NCBI GenBank assembly: GCA_031835245.2
Contig: JAVKOQ020000007.1
Location: forward strand, 62,001 to 126,000
From: Balamuthia mandrillaris
Taxonomy: Eukaryota
Direction of reading: 5' to 3'
DNA length: 64,000 nucleotides
Below are positions 48,912 to 61,186 of this stretch, piece by piece. The translations under genes were made by a program, and so were the position numbers. How positions within the stretch are numbered: position 1 is the first letter of the stretch; each line of letters starts with the position of its first letter. Under the pieces are notes generated by a model. That model had not been told where the DNA came from, did not search any database, and was given only the letters and a program-made list of their open reading frames with translations.

Positions 48912-51744
48912 TCAGTGTTTGGTGTGAAGAGCCTCAACCCGAATCTCGGGAGTGCTGTTGCTTCTCTCTTCTTCCTTCTTGCTCTTGTTCTTCTTTTTCT
49001 TTTTCTTCTCTTCCTCCTTTGCTTCCTCTTCTTCCTTTTCTTCTTCTCCATCCTCCTCAAACTCAATCTCAGCAGCGGCCGCGGCCAGCTCTCGAAGCTT
49101 CTTCCCAAAGCGAGTCTTGATCTGCCCAGAGCTGCTGTGTTCCCATAGAGACTTTAGTTCGTCCAAATCGTCGCTCGAGAACTTGAATGTAACATTCTTT
49201 TCTTTTCGCTCTTCTTGTCCTCCTTTTTCTTCTTCTTTATGTTGTGCTGCTTCCGTAGCTTCTTTCTGTTGTTGTTGTTGTTCTTCGCGGGGAGTAGATG
49301 ATGCGGAAGAGGGGGCAGAGTCGAAGGAGAGATCCTTGCGAGGGAAGCAGCAGAGGGAGAGGTTGTAGAGCATCTCTGCATCGTCCACAAAGTGTTTGTC
49401 TAACGATGTGAAGTATTGTTTCACTTGTTGGTTCCTGTTTTGTTGTGTTAAAAACTTGGAAGGAAGAAGAAAGAGGAATCGAAGAACGAAGAAAGAACAA
49501 AGAACAAAGAACTGATGCGAAGAACACAATATACCTGGGAAAGGTGAAAGCAACAGACTGCAAATGCATGATCCTTCGAATGATTTGCGCTCTCGACAGC
49601 AGCAAGTCAAAGTTCACAGAGCCATCCGTCGGCATAAAGGGCTCATTGCACTCGTCGAGGTGAGTGAACAGGCGAAGAAAGTAAGCCAAGTGAGGTAATG
49701 TCGGCAAACCGGCCTTTTCTCGCTTCTCCAATGCTTCGTTGTAGTTGGCAAAGTTTCTGGAGGTACTCATCACTTCATCCAGCTCAGCCAAAATAGAGAG
49801 ATGACTTTGGGGCACTCTTTTCCAGATGTTCTAACGGACCAAGGAGACAGATAAGTGGATGAGAACGAAGACAACCGAAGAGAAGAAGAAGCGAACGAAG
49901 AAGAACCATAGAAACAAGGAGAAGCCAACCTGCAACCGAGCAATAGGACTGCATGATAAACCAGACAAAACCTCCATAAGCCCATTGAAGTTGCCCAGAT
50001 GATAAAAGTGTTGGCCTATCTTGATGCACTTCTTTATGATGACAATCTTTTGCTTGTCCTCACTCGTCAGTATCTGAGTTGCTATCCAGTAACCCAATTC
50101 ATTGAAGCGTTGGATAAGGCGGCAGATGTTGGGTGCTCTTTGCTCTTTGTCTGGTTTTTGCCATCCGTTCTTGAGAAACTCTCTCGGTCCGATTTGGTGA
50201 AACAAGTCCCATTCTATCATTGTTACTTCTCGGGCCACTATGCCAGCTTTTGTGTTTCGCTTGGTCAGCAACAAAGAAATAGTGTTTTAAAGAAGAAAAA
50301 GGAGAAGGAGAGGAAGAAGAAGAAGAAGAAGAAGAAGAAGAAGAAGAAGAAGAAGAAGAAGAACAAGAAGAAGAAGAAGAAGAAGAACAAGAACAAGAAC
50401 AAGAAGAAGATGAACAAGAACGCAGAGAGAAACCAGAAAATTCTCGCCAGTCTTCAACGGAAGCGGAGCGATCCAAATGTATGGAAGTATGTTTGTCTTT
50501 TAGGTGATCACTGATGAAGGCACTGATGCTACTGCCCCTCTTCCTCAACTTGCTGCCAATAGTGTGATGATGATAATGCGGCTGATGAGGGTCCTTTTCT
50601 TTGTTGCTTTTCTCCTTGCTCTTCTCTTTATCCTTCTTGTTTTGTAGATTAACAATTTTTGTCAGCTGCTCCACTTCTGCCATCGTCAAAGACTTCGCTT
50701 TGTTCTTCCTTCTTGATCTCGGGCTCTTCTCTTTTTGTCCTTCGCTTCGTTCGATGGTCGAAGAAGGAAGGTCCAAAGTTTGAGTTGCAGTAAGAAGAAT
50801 GGTGGATCCTGAAGGCGAAACAGAAGATGAAGACGAGGGACGACCTTTAGGAGAAGCAGGAGGAGAAGTATTGGGAGAAGTTGGAGCAGAAAGAGAAGAA
50901 GTAGAATTGTTAGCCGTGAATGGGGAGAGATGAATGGCTGAGGTGGAGCGATTGTTCTTCAAGAAGAGCAACTTGAACTCGTTCAGGACGGTTGGGGTGG
51001 AGTAGTTCTGGAGCTGGAGTCGCAGGCGGGTGTGAAACTTGGGAGAGAGGTCTTCCGGAAAATGAGTTACCCATACCCTTGCAAAGTCTTGCAACCTTTA
51101 TTCGTTGGAGAGAATCAAGAACATTCAGAAGAGGAGAAAGAAGGCAAAAAAGCAGAAGAAAGAAACGACCATCAGAAAGAAGAGGGAAGAAGGAAGAAGG
51201 AAGAAAGTAGAAGGAAGAAGGAAGAAGGAAGAAGAAGCAGGAAGAAAAAAATAGAAGGGGGTGTTACCGAAGAATAAAAATGTAATTGCTGGTGCGAAGT
51301 ATAGTGGCGTTGCCATTGGCCTTTAGCTCTTTTTCGTAAAGTGCTGCCACGCGTTCATATCTTTGTTATTGTCAAAAAAAAAAAACCCAAAGGGTCGGTT
51401 GAGCGCAAAAAGGACAGAGAGTTAGGGAAACGGACTCTTGGAAGTAAAGCTCGGTAAGGTCCATGGAAGGAGGCTGCAGCACTTTGTAACTCAGCAGAAA
51501 AGCAAATCTTTTCTCTTTTGATGAGGAAAATGAAAATATAAATAAAAAAGAGATTATATTACATATCGCAGATGCTGGCTTGCAGTTGAAAAAAAGAATA
51601 GGAATCGTATTGTATACCATTGGAGCCATCATCCTCACCGAGAAGCACTTCCTTGACGGCAGCACGAAAGGCCTCCTCTTTGTCGTACTGCTTGCCGCCA
51701 GCAGGCGGCACGTTCGCAAGCCCTTCCGCAGTTCCTTCTTTCAT
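48912..51744 (-). CDS. Ras guanine-nucleotide exchange factor (REM + CDC25 domains; multi-exon)
   Basis: AFLLSYKV, FARVWVTHFPED, VAREVTMIEWDLF.QI..REF..W.K, RFNELGYWIATQIL, LGNFNGLMEVLSGL, LPHLAYFL. Confidence 0.9.
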
Positions 51745-51977
51745 TCCTTTTCGTTTATTTTTTTTTTTTTGAATGCAGCAGGAATCGCGATGTCAACAAT
51801 GTCTTTGTTTAATTATTCGATCAAATTTTCCGTACACAGGCACTGCGTTCGAATCCCGGTAAGATCACTGTTTTTTTTAATTGAAGAAAAGGAGCAGGCC
51901 GGGGCTTGCGTTCGACACCCAGGAACATCCTTTTCGTTATAGAACAATCAAAATGCATTACAGGAAGAGAAGAAGGA

Positions 51978-53375
51978 ATGGAGTCATTCTGCGAGGCCCT
52001 GCGAGGTGTTGTTCAGGCCATTCTTCAAAGGCAGCAAGGGCAGGAAGTGCTGAAGAAATGGCGCGAGTTGGAAGGGAAAATGCTTTGTGCTGAGGTGGAG
52101 GAGGAGGACGTCTTGTGCGCGTGTCTTTCCTCCGGTGACACAGGCAAAGCCTTTGAGGAAAGGCCTTTGCTCGAGTTCCTACTGCAAGAAGCAAGTGAAG
52201 AGGTTTTGAAACCGCTGTTGATGGAAGTGGGGGAAAGAAGGCTTCAAGCGTTGTCGCAGAACATGAAGTGGACGATGCTCAAAACGATTGTCGGAAGGTT
52301 ACATGAGGACTCCTTTTACGGGATGGCGCGACGGCTTTTGCTGCTGTGGAGGGGACTGGGCTTTGACGAAGACTGCAAAGAGCTCCTTGCGGCCAAACAA
52401 CAAAAACATAGCATCTGCGTCCCTTCCCTTTTGTTCTTCGAGAAGCAACGGCGAAACGGGTTGGCAAGAGACAAAGAAGAGGAGGAGAAGCAGGAGATAG
52501 GGAAGGAGAAGAATACGGAAAGCTTGTTGTTGGGTCTACCCATCGAGTTACTGAGCATGTTGTGCTTTGATGGCTATTTGGACGGTGCATCGTTGCTCCA
52601 ACTCGAACAAACCTGCTCCTTCTTCAACAGCTTCATCGCCAACGACGACCACACGTGGCGCTCCTCCTACATGCGTCGCTTTCCAGACATGCCTTGCTTG
52701 AACTCGTTCAGCGTTCCTGACAGCAACGAAGAACTCTCTGCCATCTTTTTCTCAAGCAAGTACCAATGGCAACGCGTGCTGCTACAAATCTACCTGTATC
52801 CGTGGAGGAAACTATATCTCTGGAGAGAACATAACAATGCTCGCTCCAACCCCCAAGACGAGCGGTGCCTAGCCTCGGCGGAGGAGGAGTGGTTTCTGAA
52901 CGCAGTTAGATATGCACCTGGCCAGCCCCAACTGACGGTTCAGCTGCTTGAACAGTACATTAAGCCGTTGCCTCTTCGTTGGACCCTTGCTGCTGCGAAG
53001 CAAAACACCGAGCTATCGTCTTCTTCTTCTTCTTCATTTGCTGACTTTTGGCAGAGAATGTTGGAAAGCCCGCCCTGCAACTTGAAGTGCGCTCTACGGA
53101 TAGATCCTGCCGACGAGTATTTCAAAAGAGACCCCGCTTTGCTTCGCCTGTTGGAAGAACGGTTGGAAACGTACCCTATGCGCCTTTGTGGCGCTGAAGG
53201 TAAAGAAAGGATGGCAGCAAAACGAGAGGAAGAGGCAACGCGTTCCACAAAGCGGCAGATTGTTTGGTTTTCAGGGGATTGGGATTCCGCGCTGGTGGCT
53301 GTGAGCTTGTCCAACCAAACGCTGTTGCGCCTCACCTGGACGTGGTGCTGCGGCCCACCGATCGTCTATCTGTAA
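51978..53375 (+). CDS. Intronless F-box protein, rest of protein unrecognised
   Basis: Long uninterrupted ORF. Central LLGLPIELLSMLCFDGYLDGASLLQLEQTCSFFNSFIANDDHTWR F-box motif. Confidence 0.75.
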   Translation: MESFCEALRGVVQAILQRQQGQEVLKKWRELEGKMLCAEVEEEDVLCACLSSGDTGKAFEERPLLEFLLQEASEEVLKPLLMEVGERRLQALSQNMKWTMLKTIVGRLHEDSFYGMARRLLLLWRGLGFDEDCKELLAAKQQKHSICVPSLLFFEKQRRNGLARDKEEEEKQEIGKEKNTESLLLGLPIELLSMLCFDGYLDGASLLQLEQTCSFFNSFIANDDHTWRSSYMRRFPDMPCLNSFSVPDSNEELSAIFFSSKYQWQRVLLQIYLYPWRKLYLWREHNNARSNPQDERCLASAEEEWFLNAVRYAPGQPQLTVQLLEQYIKPLPLRWTLAAAKQNTELSSSSSSSFADFWQRMLESPPCNLKCALRIDPADEYFKRDPALLRLLEERLETYPMRLCGAEGKERMAAKREEEATRSTKRQIVWFSGDWDSALVAVSLSNQTLLRLTWTWCCGPPIVYL

Positions 53376-53813
53376 CGGGTGTTTGAATGTCAACGCGGAG
53401 CCACCTCTTCAACGCGCAATTGTCCCCGCCCTCTGGCAGGCATGCTCAAACTCCGGGGGCCGTACTCGGACACTCTTGGCTCGCTCCCGAGGCGCAACAA
53501 CCTCTCGCTTCCTCTCCAAAAATAGCACGGTCAACTCCCCTCGGTAAGAAACGACCCCGCCCCATCCGCCCCCGCTGCGGGTTTGACCGATTTTCAACGT
53601 GCTTGAGGGGTATTTGTCTGCACGAATGCGCCATTGGTCGCCCCTCAAATGAATTAGCTCCCCATTAATGATGCAGTTTGTCACAGTAAAACTGCACAAA
53701 CACACTTCACACTTCCCCCCCTTTTTTTTTCTGTTGTTGTGCAAGTTTTTATTCACTTTTTTTTTGGTTTGGGTTTCAGTGTACAAAAAAAACACTCTCA
53801 ACACCTACACATA

Positions 53814-53845
<32 letters not shown>

Positions 53846-53849
53846 CACA

Positions 53850-54374
53850 ATGTCCACCGCCAAGAAAGAAAAGAAGGAGAAGAAGGACAAGGGGGCCGAG
53901 AAGAAGAACAAGGAGAAGACCGCCGCCACCGCCGAGGAGAAGAAGAAGAAGGAGGAGAAGCGCGAGGAGCCCGAGTCCTCCGAGGAGGAGGCCTCCGAGG
54001 TCTTCCGCCCCAACGAGAACCCCGACGCCATCCAGGTCTTTGGTGTGAGCTACAGCGGGGACCGCATGCATCTGGTGGGCAACGTGCCCGACTGCGTCGT
54101 CGGCATCGTCCGCAAGTTCTGCAAGGACCGACAAAAGGACGGCAACAAGCAGATCCAGTTCCTGCAGTCCGCGGCCGATGACTCCTGGCTCGGAGGCAGC
54201 GAGTACATCGTCACCAAGTGCGAGGACAACAACTTCTTCAGGCTGCACGTGGCCCTTTCCCGAGCCGTGTTGAGGGAGGGTTGGACCAAGTTCGACGATC
54301 AAAAGTACGGCGGTCACAGCGGCGTACAAAACAACATGACCAGCTGGATGAAGGATCCTTCCAAGGCTCACTAA
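53850..54374 (+). CDS. Small protein of unknown function with Lys/Glu-rich N-terminus
   Basis: Intronless 174-aa ORF with strong C/G third-position bias like the aldolase and LIM genes, flanked by AT-rich UTR-like sequence. Confidence 0.75.
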   Translation: MSTAKKEKKEKKDKGAEKKNKEKTAATAEEKKKKEEKREEPESSEEEASEVFRPNENPDAIQVFGVSYSGDRMHLVGNVPDCVVGIVRKFCKDRQKDGNKQIQFLQSAADDSWLGGSEYIVTKCEDNNFFRLHVALSRAVLREGWTKFDDQKYGGHSGVQNNMTSWMKDPSKAH

Positions 54375-54487
54375 ATCCCCCCTTTTTTTTTGTTTCCCTT
54401 CTTCGCACTCTTATTTTTTTTGTTTCTTGTAACAACCTACTAGTAAAAAAAAACATAATTCTCTTTTCGAAACAGATTTTGCACTTC

Positions 54488-56188
54488 TTATTTTCTTAGT
54501 TCACCCTCTTCTGTTCGTTCTTCCTCCACTTTCACTCCTTCTCGCCAAACCGAGCGACACAACAACCTTCCCCTCTTCTCCCGTTCGCCTTCTTCCCTCT
54601 CCTCCTCCTCCTCCGCTGCTGCTGTTGTGCCCCCGCCGCCCAACGACAACAGCTCCCTCTCCTCCACCACGCCGTGCAGCAGCCCGCAGCGCCACTGCCC
54701 CTCCACCACTTTCCCCTCCGAGAGGCTGTGCAGCCGCCCCCTGCCGTGCTGCTGGCCCTGCCGCCATTGCCCCTCGTAAAAGTCGCCGGTGCTTCGGTCG
54801 AGCAGCCGGCCCGATCCCTCGGCCAGGTCGTTCCTGAACTCCCCCTCGTAGACGCGACCATCCCCAAAGTCCTGCTTGCCTTGCCCTTCTCTTTGTCCGT
54901 ACTTGAAGTGTCCTTCGTAGACCATGGTGGTTGGTGGTGGTGGTGATGGTATTGACGAGGAAGAGTCTGCTTCGTTTGGTTCTTGTTTGTCAGCTTCTCC
55001 AGCATTGGTACTTTGGTTTGTTCCTCCACGTTCTGCGGAGGGCGAAGAAGGAGAGGGAGCGGAAGGCGGAAAGGAAGTCAAGGTGCCAAAGCCATGGGGC
55101 TTTCCGTTCAGCATCTGCCCCTGATAGCGGCTGTCATCCTTTAGGTTGTGCAGGAAGCCATACCCGTGAGCATCGCCATGCACCCATTCTCCGCTGTAGA
55201 CATGAGGCGACTCTGGTCGGTTGCTTCTGGCTTTGCCCTTCCCATGGAACCGGAGGTTCTCATCAAACTGTCCTTCGTAAGTCAGGACTCCATCGGAGGA
55301 GGTTTGCTTGCCATGCACCAAACGGCCCTCCGCCCACTCTCCTTCGATGGCGACCTGGTCTTGAGGCCAGCTTATCGTGCCTCGTCCATGTTCTCGTCCA
55401 GCCTTCCATCCTCCAGAGTAGACCTGCGTGCCCTCTCGATTGGTGGTCGTGCCTTTGCCTTCTCTTTGCCAAATCACCACTCGGAGGGCCTGGCCCTCTT
55501 CCTCCTCTTCTCTGTTCGCTCGTTCTTGTGCTTCTTCTTCTTCGTTTTGCTGTTGAATGCTGTAAAGCGAATAAGAGAACTCGCCCTCGTAGATGGTGCC
55601 GTCGGCAGAGCGCTCTTTGCCTCGCAGCAGGCGGTTGTCCTCCCAGGCGCCTTCCACCAGGACCTCCCCATCGCGATGGCCTCGCCGCAGACTTCCTTTG
55701 CCTTGCTTCTTTCCGTTGACAAACTGTCCGACATAACAGAAACAATCCTGTTCCTCTGTGATGGTTATGTTCTCGTTGTTGTGGGACGGCGAAGAAGAAA
55801 GGTAGCGGAGGTTGGGGTTTCGCTCGCAGCCTTGGCCGTTGGGTTGGTCGTTCTCCCACTCGCCAGAGTACTCTCGCCCGTCAGGGAACGTTATGTCTTT
55901 TCGTTGCTTTGTTGTGCAGTTGGTGGAATACGCAGAAGCGAGAGATAAGGTTGAAGAAGCAGAAGCAGCAGCAGAGGAAGAAGAAGAGGAGGAGGATAAA
56001 GCAGAGGCAGAAGCAGAGGCGAAGAGGACGCGGTGACGTGGGCCGGTGGAGCGAAAGGTCAACAGCTGGCTGAGATCGAACGGGTCGCGTGATCCGCGCA
56101 TCCAAGTTCTACCGCCCTGGCGGCCGCCAGCTCCAACCGAGAGCGCTGCTCCGCACAAGGCCCTTCTAACCCCTGCCGAACCTCTCAT
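54488..56188 (-). CDS. Intronless MORN-repeat protein with possible mitochondrial presequence
   Basis: Many YxGxWxxGxxxGxG repeats. Probable start MRGSAGVRRALCG at 56188; the longer ORF in the track runs through intergenic repeat. Confidence 0.88.
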   Translation of the reverse strand: MRGSAGVRRALCGAALSVGAGGRQGGRTWMRGSRDPFDLSQLLTFRSTGPRHRVLFASASASALSSSSSSSSAAASASSTLSLASAYSTNCTTKQRKDITFPDGREYSGEWENDQPNGQGCERNPNLRYLSSSPSHNNENITITEEQDCFCYVGQFVNGKKQGKGSLRRGHRDGEVLVEGAWEDNRLLRGKERSADGTIYEGEFSYSLYSIQQQNEEEEAQERANREEEEEGQALRVVIWQREGKGTTTNREGTQVYSGGWKAGREHGRGTISWPQDQVAIEGEWAEGRLVHGKQTSSDGVLTYEGQFDENLRFHGKGKARSNRPESPHVYSGEWVHGDAHGYGFLHNLKDDSRYQGQMLNGKPHGFGTLTSFPPSAPSPSSPSAERGGTNQSTNAGEADKQEPNEADSSSSIPSPPPPTTMVYEGHFKYGQREGQGKQDFGDGRVYEGEFRNDLAEGSGRLLDRSTGDFYEGQWRQGQQHGRGRLHSLSEGKVVEGQWRCGLLHGVVEERELLSLGGGGTTAAAEEEEEREEGEREKRGRLLCRSVWREGVKVEEERTEEGELRK

Positions 56189-56430
56189 CTCGCGGAGAGC
56201 AAAAATCTGATCTTTTCGTGCTTTTTTTCCCCTCTCGGATATTTTCGGGTCGACGCGGTAAGCGAATAATGTTAAGAATGTTTTTGTCGACAGATACGAA
56301 CAAGAGGGAGGAGAGAGGAGAGGGGAGAGAGGAGAGAGGAGAGAGAGAGGAGAGAGGAGAGAGAGAGAGGGGAGAGAGGAGAGAGGAGAGGAGAGAGGGA
56401 GAGAGGAGAGAGGAGAGAGGAGAGAGGAGT

Positions 56431-58839
56431 TCAAATGTGGTGCGAAAAGGAAGCAGAATCGCACAGGTAACGCGCCCACACTTTGGCGGCCAGCTTGCTG
56501 CGGTGCTCCGCCTCGAACGACCGGACAGAGCATATCTTGAACCCGCTTGTGCTAACTTTTGGTAGATTGCTCTTCATCTTCGAAATATAAAAATGAAAAA
56601 AAAAGATCAGCTGCAAAGAAGAAAGAAGAGACCAAGGATGGCAGAGAAGGAACTAACCTGCCAAGAAAGAGTGGCAGGAGGGCGGACCCAATCCATAGCT
56701 TGGGTACCGAGCAGTGCCACTTTCGCGCGCAGCTTGAACCCCATCGCCTTTGCTGAACTCAGCACGTTCCACTTGGATGGGAGAGGCTTGAATCTTTTGT
56801 TGTTTGTTATCAGTACTCTCCAATAGAGAGAGAGAAGAGGGAGGGAAGAGAAGAAACAGGAAAGGAAGGGAAACAATACTTCCAAATAATGGCGCATCTG
56901 TCAGCATCCAATACTGCCTTTCCCACAGAGACAGATGAAGAGCAAGAGGCAACGTTAGAAGGAACAGGCAAGCAGGCCACTGCCTTGACCGGCATCTTGT
57001 CCTCATGCTCGCCTTCGAGAGGGGTGAGCACTACACTCACTTCCACGTGCATGGAGTTGTTGTCCAAGTCCTTGAGGTAGCTGACTTGAAGGTCGAGAGG
57101 GATTGGGAGCCCTTCTTTCTTCCCTCTCGTTTCTTTTTGATTGTAATGATACCTATATTGTGTTTGTTACGTGATAGAAATTGAACTAAGGAAAAGAAGC
57201 AGCAAGAGAAAGAGGAGGAGAAGGAATACCGCATAAGCTGAAAAGGATAGTTTGCAGGAGGGGAAAAAACGATGCAATGCTTCGTCTTCTCTTGGAAGAA
57301 CTTGCGTAAGTAGACAGACGTGTGAAAAGTAATGTCATCCAAAACAATCGTCTTGTTCTTTTGTTGTACTTTCTTCTGCTCCTCGTTTCTTTCTCTCTTT
57401 TCTTTTCCTCTGTCCTGTTTTTTTCGTCGTTTTCGTTCTTCTTTTTCCTTCTCTTTCTCTTCTTCCTCGTCGGTTGCCTCTTCTTCTCTGCCCTCTTCTT
57501 TTGCATTAAACTTGAGAGCGACGATCGGTGTCTTGCCAGGAAGAAAGCAACGTGCCTCAACAACACCTTTGACCCATGCCTTTCTTCTGCCGTTCACTTC
57601 TTTCTCCACGAACAAAGTTTCTACAACGTCTAAAAAGATTTCAGGTTCGAGGGTTGGAGGAGGAGTTGAGGGAGAAGGTTCGTAAATATCCACTGTTGGA
57701 GAGGAGGATAACGGAGGAGTTAAAGAAGCTACATCGCCGTTGATAGAAGTTGTGGGTTTTGTCGTGGGAAGATAAGATGATGGTGGCAGTGAACGACGAT
57801 AGATTGAACCATGTTGCTGGGAGTTTCTAGCTTGTTGGGTACGCCAGCGTGATATGAATGCACTTTAAATTTGTTTTGCAGAAGAAGAAAGGTAAGAAAC
57901 GGAAGAACAAGAAGAAGAAGAAGAACAAGAAGAAGAAGAAGAACAAGAAGACAAGAACAAGAACAAGAAGCAACAGCAGAAGAAGAAAGAAGAAAGCTGC
58001 AGGGAAAATTACTGAAGCCATTGATCTAAAGCCAGAGCTTCGTTCCAGCAGTCACGATGGTGGGACACGTGGGTAATGTGATAAGCTCCAAACACATGCG
58101 CGTAGAGACGTTGCCACAACGTTCCTCTATGATGAGCCCAATACCAACTCTAGATTTCACTTTTGTGAAAAAGAAAGGACAAGAAAGAAAGAAAGGACAA
58201 GAAAGAAAGAAAGAAAAAGAAGAAGGACAAAACCTTACAAACGAGGTTTGCGCAACGAAGAAAGGAGACAAGGTCCATCTTGCTCCACTCGTAAAACACG
58301 AGCTCCAGCAGCGTATCCGGCAAGGCAGCCACAGCAGCGCCCTTTTTCCGCTGCTCCTCCCTCCTCCTCTCTCTCATGCTCTCCGGCAGCAACAGCTCTT
58401 TCAGCGACAACGGAGAGGAGGAGGAGGAAGAGGAGGAGGAAGAGGAGAGAAAAGCGAGCGAAGTGGGCGTGGGTTTGCGGTGTGGGAAGAACGGCTGTAA
58501 TAATTTGCGCTTGGGGAGGGAGACCACCGGGTTCGTTTGCGGTTTCTTCTCCTTGGCTTTGGTGAGGCAGAGGGCGGAGGGTCCCCACTCCTGCAACCAC
58601 AGGCCCCCCTCTTTGGTGCTGGCGAGCGCTGCGCTCTCACCGACGGCGTCATAGGCATAGGCTGCAGTGGAAGCGGGGAAAGAAGAAGAGGAGCCACGGG
58701 TTTTGCTGTTCATATGAGCGCCGCTTCCGGGTAGGTCGTCCAGGCAGTCGGTGAAGGGAGAGGCTTCTTCTTTTTCATCGCCCTCCGCGATTCGTTCCCT
58801 TCCTTCCTCCTCCTCCTGCAGGCGTTCTGCTTCTTCCAT
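56431..58839 (-). CDS. F-box + adaptin mu-homology-domain (MHD) protein (multi-exon)
   Basis: F-box ALPDTLLELVFYEWSKMDL..CANLVCK. MHD motifs EIFLDVVETL, GVVEARCFLPG, LDDITFHTSV, FSPP..FQLMRY, SGFKI and KVWARY..*. Confidence 0.75.
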
Positions 58840-58880
58840 GTATCGTCTTCCTTCCCTTTTTTTTTATTTTGCGTGTATTG

Positions 58881-58911
58881 AATTTTGTCGACATTCGCTG
58901 TCGACAAAATT
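58881..58911. promoter_or_regulatory. Perfect 13-bp inverted repeat carrying two TGTCGACA motifs upstream of the F-box-MHD start
   Basis: AATTTTGTCGACA-ttcgc-TGTCGACAAAATT, 42-72 nt upstream of the ATG at 58839. A regulatory role is inferred. Confidence 0.55.
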
Positions 58912-59153
58912 TGGTGGTCACGAGAATAGACACGAGCGAGGAGAGGAGCCTAGAGAGGAGAGAGGAAAATAGCGAGGAGAGAGGACAGGAGAATAGACCG
59001 AGCGAGGACATGAGCGTGGAGAAGCCTGGATAGGAGAGAGGGCTGCGGGTAGGAGAGTAGATAAGAGAGAGGACAGGGAATGGAGAGAGAAGATTGCACA
59101 TTTTTTTTTTTGTAGGGAAGAGCAGGGGCTGAAAGAATGAGTCTCTTCTCGTT

Positions 59154-61137
59154 TCAGAAAAAGAGAAACTTTTTGGATTTCTTCTTTCTGGGAGGTGAAA
59201 CGAGCAAAGTCTGCCCCTGTGGGTTCTGATCCTCTTCCAAAACATTGGTCATGATGAGGTCGGCGAGCTGCTCGAATGGGGCTATCACGTTGTCGTCATA
59301 CTTGGCGCTTGTTTCCACGCATTCCACTCCAAACTCGTCAGCAAATTCCTGCAAAAGAGATACGAGACTTCAATATAACAACAACAAGAATTTTTTTAAA
59401 AAAAACAAAGTTAAAACCTTTGCTTCATCAAATGTAACAACGCGTTCATATAACAAGTCCGCTTTGGTGGCTACCACTATCCTTTGCACGTTTTCCATTG
59501 CGTACCGGTCTACTTCCTGCATCCACTTTCTTTTTGAAATAAAATAATGACAAATGAAAAATCAACAAACAATGACAACAAATATCTTATGAGAGAGAGA
59601 AAGAGAGAGAGAGAAAGTACTAAACCTGACGTTGTCAAAGCTTTCACGGTTGGTCACGTCAAAGCAAAAAAGGACACCAGCGGCACGCCTGTATATTGGC
59701 GCAAAGTTATAATTTCTGAATCTTAGCATTGGCTCCCACTAGAAGTTGTTGTTGTTTGTTTGTTTTAGTTTTTTTGGTGTGAATGTTGAAGAGAGAGATA
59801 AGAGGGAGAGGAGCGAGGGAACCAGGAAGAAAGAAGAAGAAGAAGAAGAAGAAGAAGAAGAAGAAGAAGAAGAAGAAGAAGAAGAAGAAGAAGAAACAGA
59901 AGAACAAGAACAAGAAGAGGAAGAAGAGAAGGAGGAAGAAGAACAAGACGAAGAATGAGAAGGAGGGAAGAAGAATAACAAGAAGAAAAGATGCGTACTA
60001 TTTGTAACTTGAGTGTCTGGCCGGTTTTCGTCATGATTGTAAAGGGTTCCTAGGAATAAATAACTCTCAGGGAATGTACAGAAAGAGACAGAGAGAAAGA
60101 GAAACTTACAAATTCAACAAAGCTTGGAAAGTATGAGTCTGTATAAGTTCCACTCTGTCCCAGTGAAAAAAATAAAAACACAAACATAAAATAGTAAGTG
60201 AATAATCTTTGGTGTCTTGACGATATGGCAAAGATAGGATGACATACCACCAACCGCGTTACTAAATGACTCTAAATGGATCAACAACGAAAGCAATGAT
60301 GTTAGGGAAAAAAAAGACCGAAGACAAAAGAAAAGAAAAGGAGAAAAGGATGTACTTTGCCAACACCAGAATCGCCTATAATGACCACCTTTGCCATAAA
60401 GTCAAAGCCATAAGTTGCCGGGTCGCATCGCTTCATAAGAGGAGCCCTCAGCAATTTCTCTCTTTCGATCTGCTCCTGTTTCTTCTTCTCCTTTTGAACG
60501 AGGAGAGCGTGACGATGGTCCAAGAAAGCTTTCTTCCAATCTGTTGTTGCTTTCAGTTTGGATGGGTCTGCTCTTCTAAGAAATGGCTCCCAAAGTCTGT
60601 TTCCAGGATGGAAAGGGGGGTTAAAGAAAAAACAACAAACAAGCAAAGAGCACAAGAGTACGAACATGGGCTCGCTGCCAATGCGACGAAAGTGTTTGCA
60701 AACGTGAGTCACACAAAGAACGTGCTGTTCTGTATGCAAAAAGCTGAAAATGTACAACAGAATCTCATCCGGCAGTTGGCGTATCGTAAAGAACTCTATG
60801 CGATACACAACGAACCAAAGAAAGAGTTATAGACGGAACGAGAGAAGAAGAAGGATAGAGGAGAAAAGAGAGAATACGAAACTGTCTATGTAGTCGGCGA
60901 TGTGGGTGTGTTGACATTCACGAGCAATGTCAGAAGCAGAACCATTGTTACCCACAGCGCTGACGTCCGCTCCGTTCTGCACCAGCAGCCGTACCACCTC
61001 CAAATGCCCGTTGCGCACTGCATAGTGCAGGCACGTCTCTCCTGACCTTTGTTTTTTGTTTGGAGCGCATGTGTTAAACAAAACTACAACATGTGAGAGA
61101 GAGAAACATAGAGAGAGGGCCATATGAGCGAATAACC

Positions 61138-61186
<49 letters not shown>

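Noticed and set aside
56189..56533. N-terminal extension of the MORN ORF (681 aa), or a fusion with the MHD gene
   Set aside because: The extension runs through a (GGAGAGA)n tract and the GTCGAC promoter region. The MHD gene has its own natural end at 56431.
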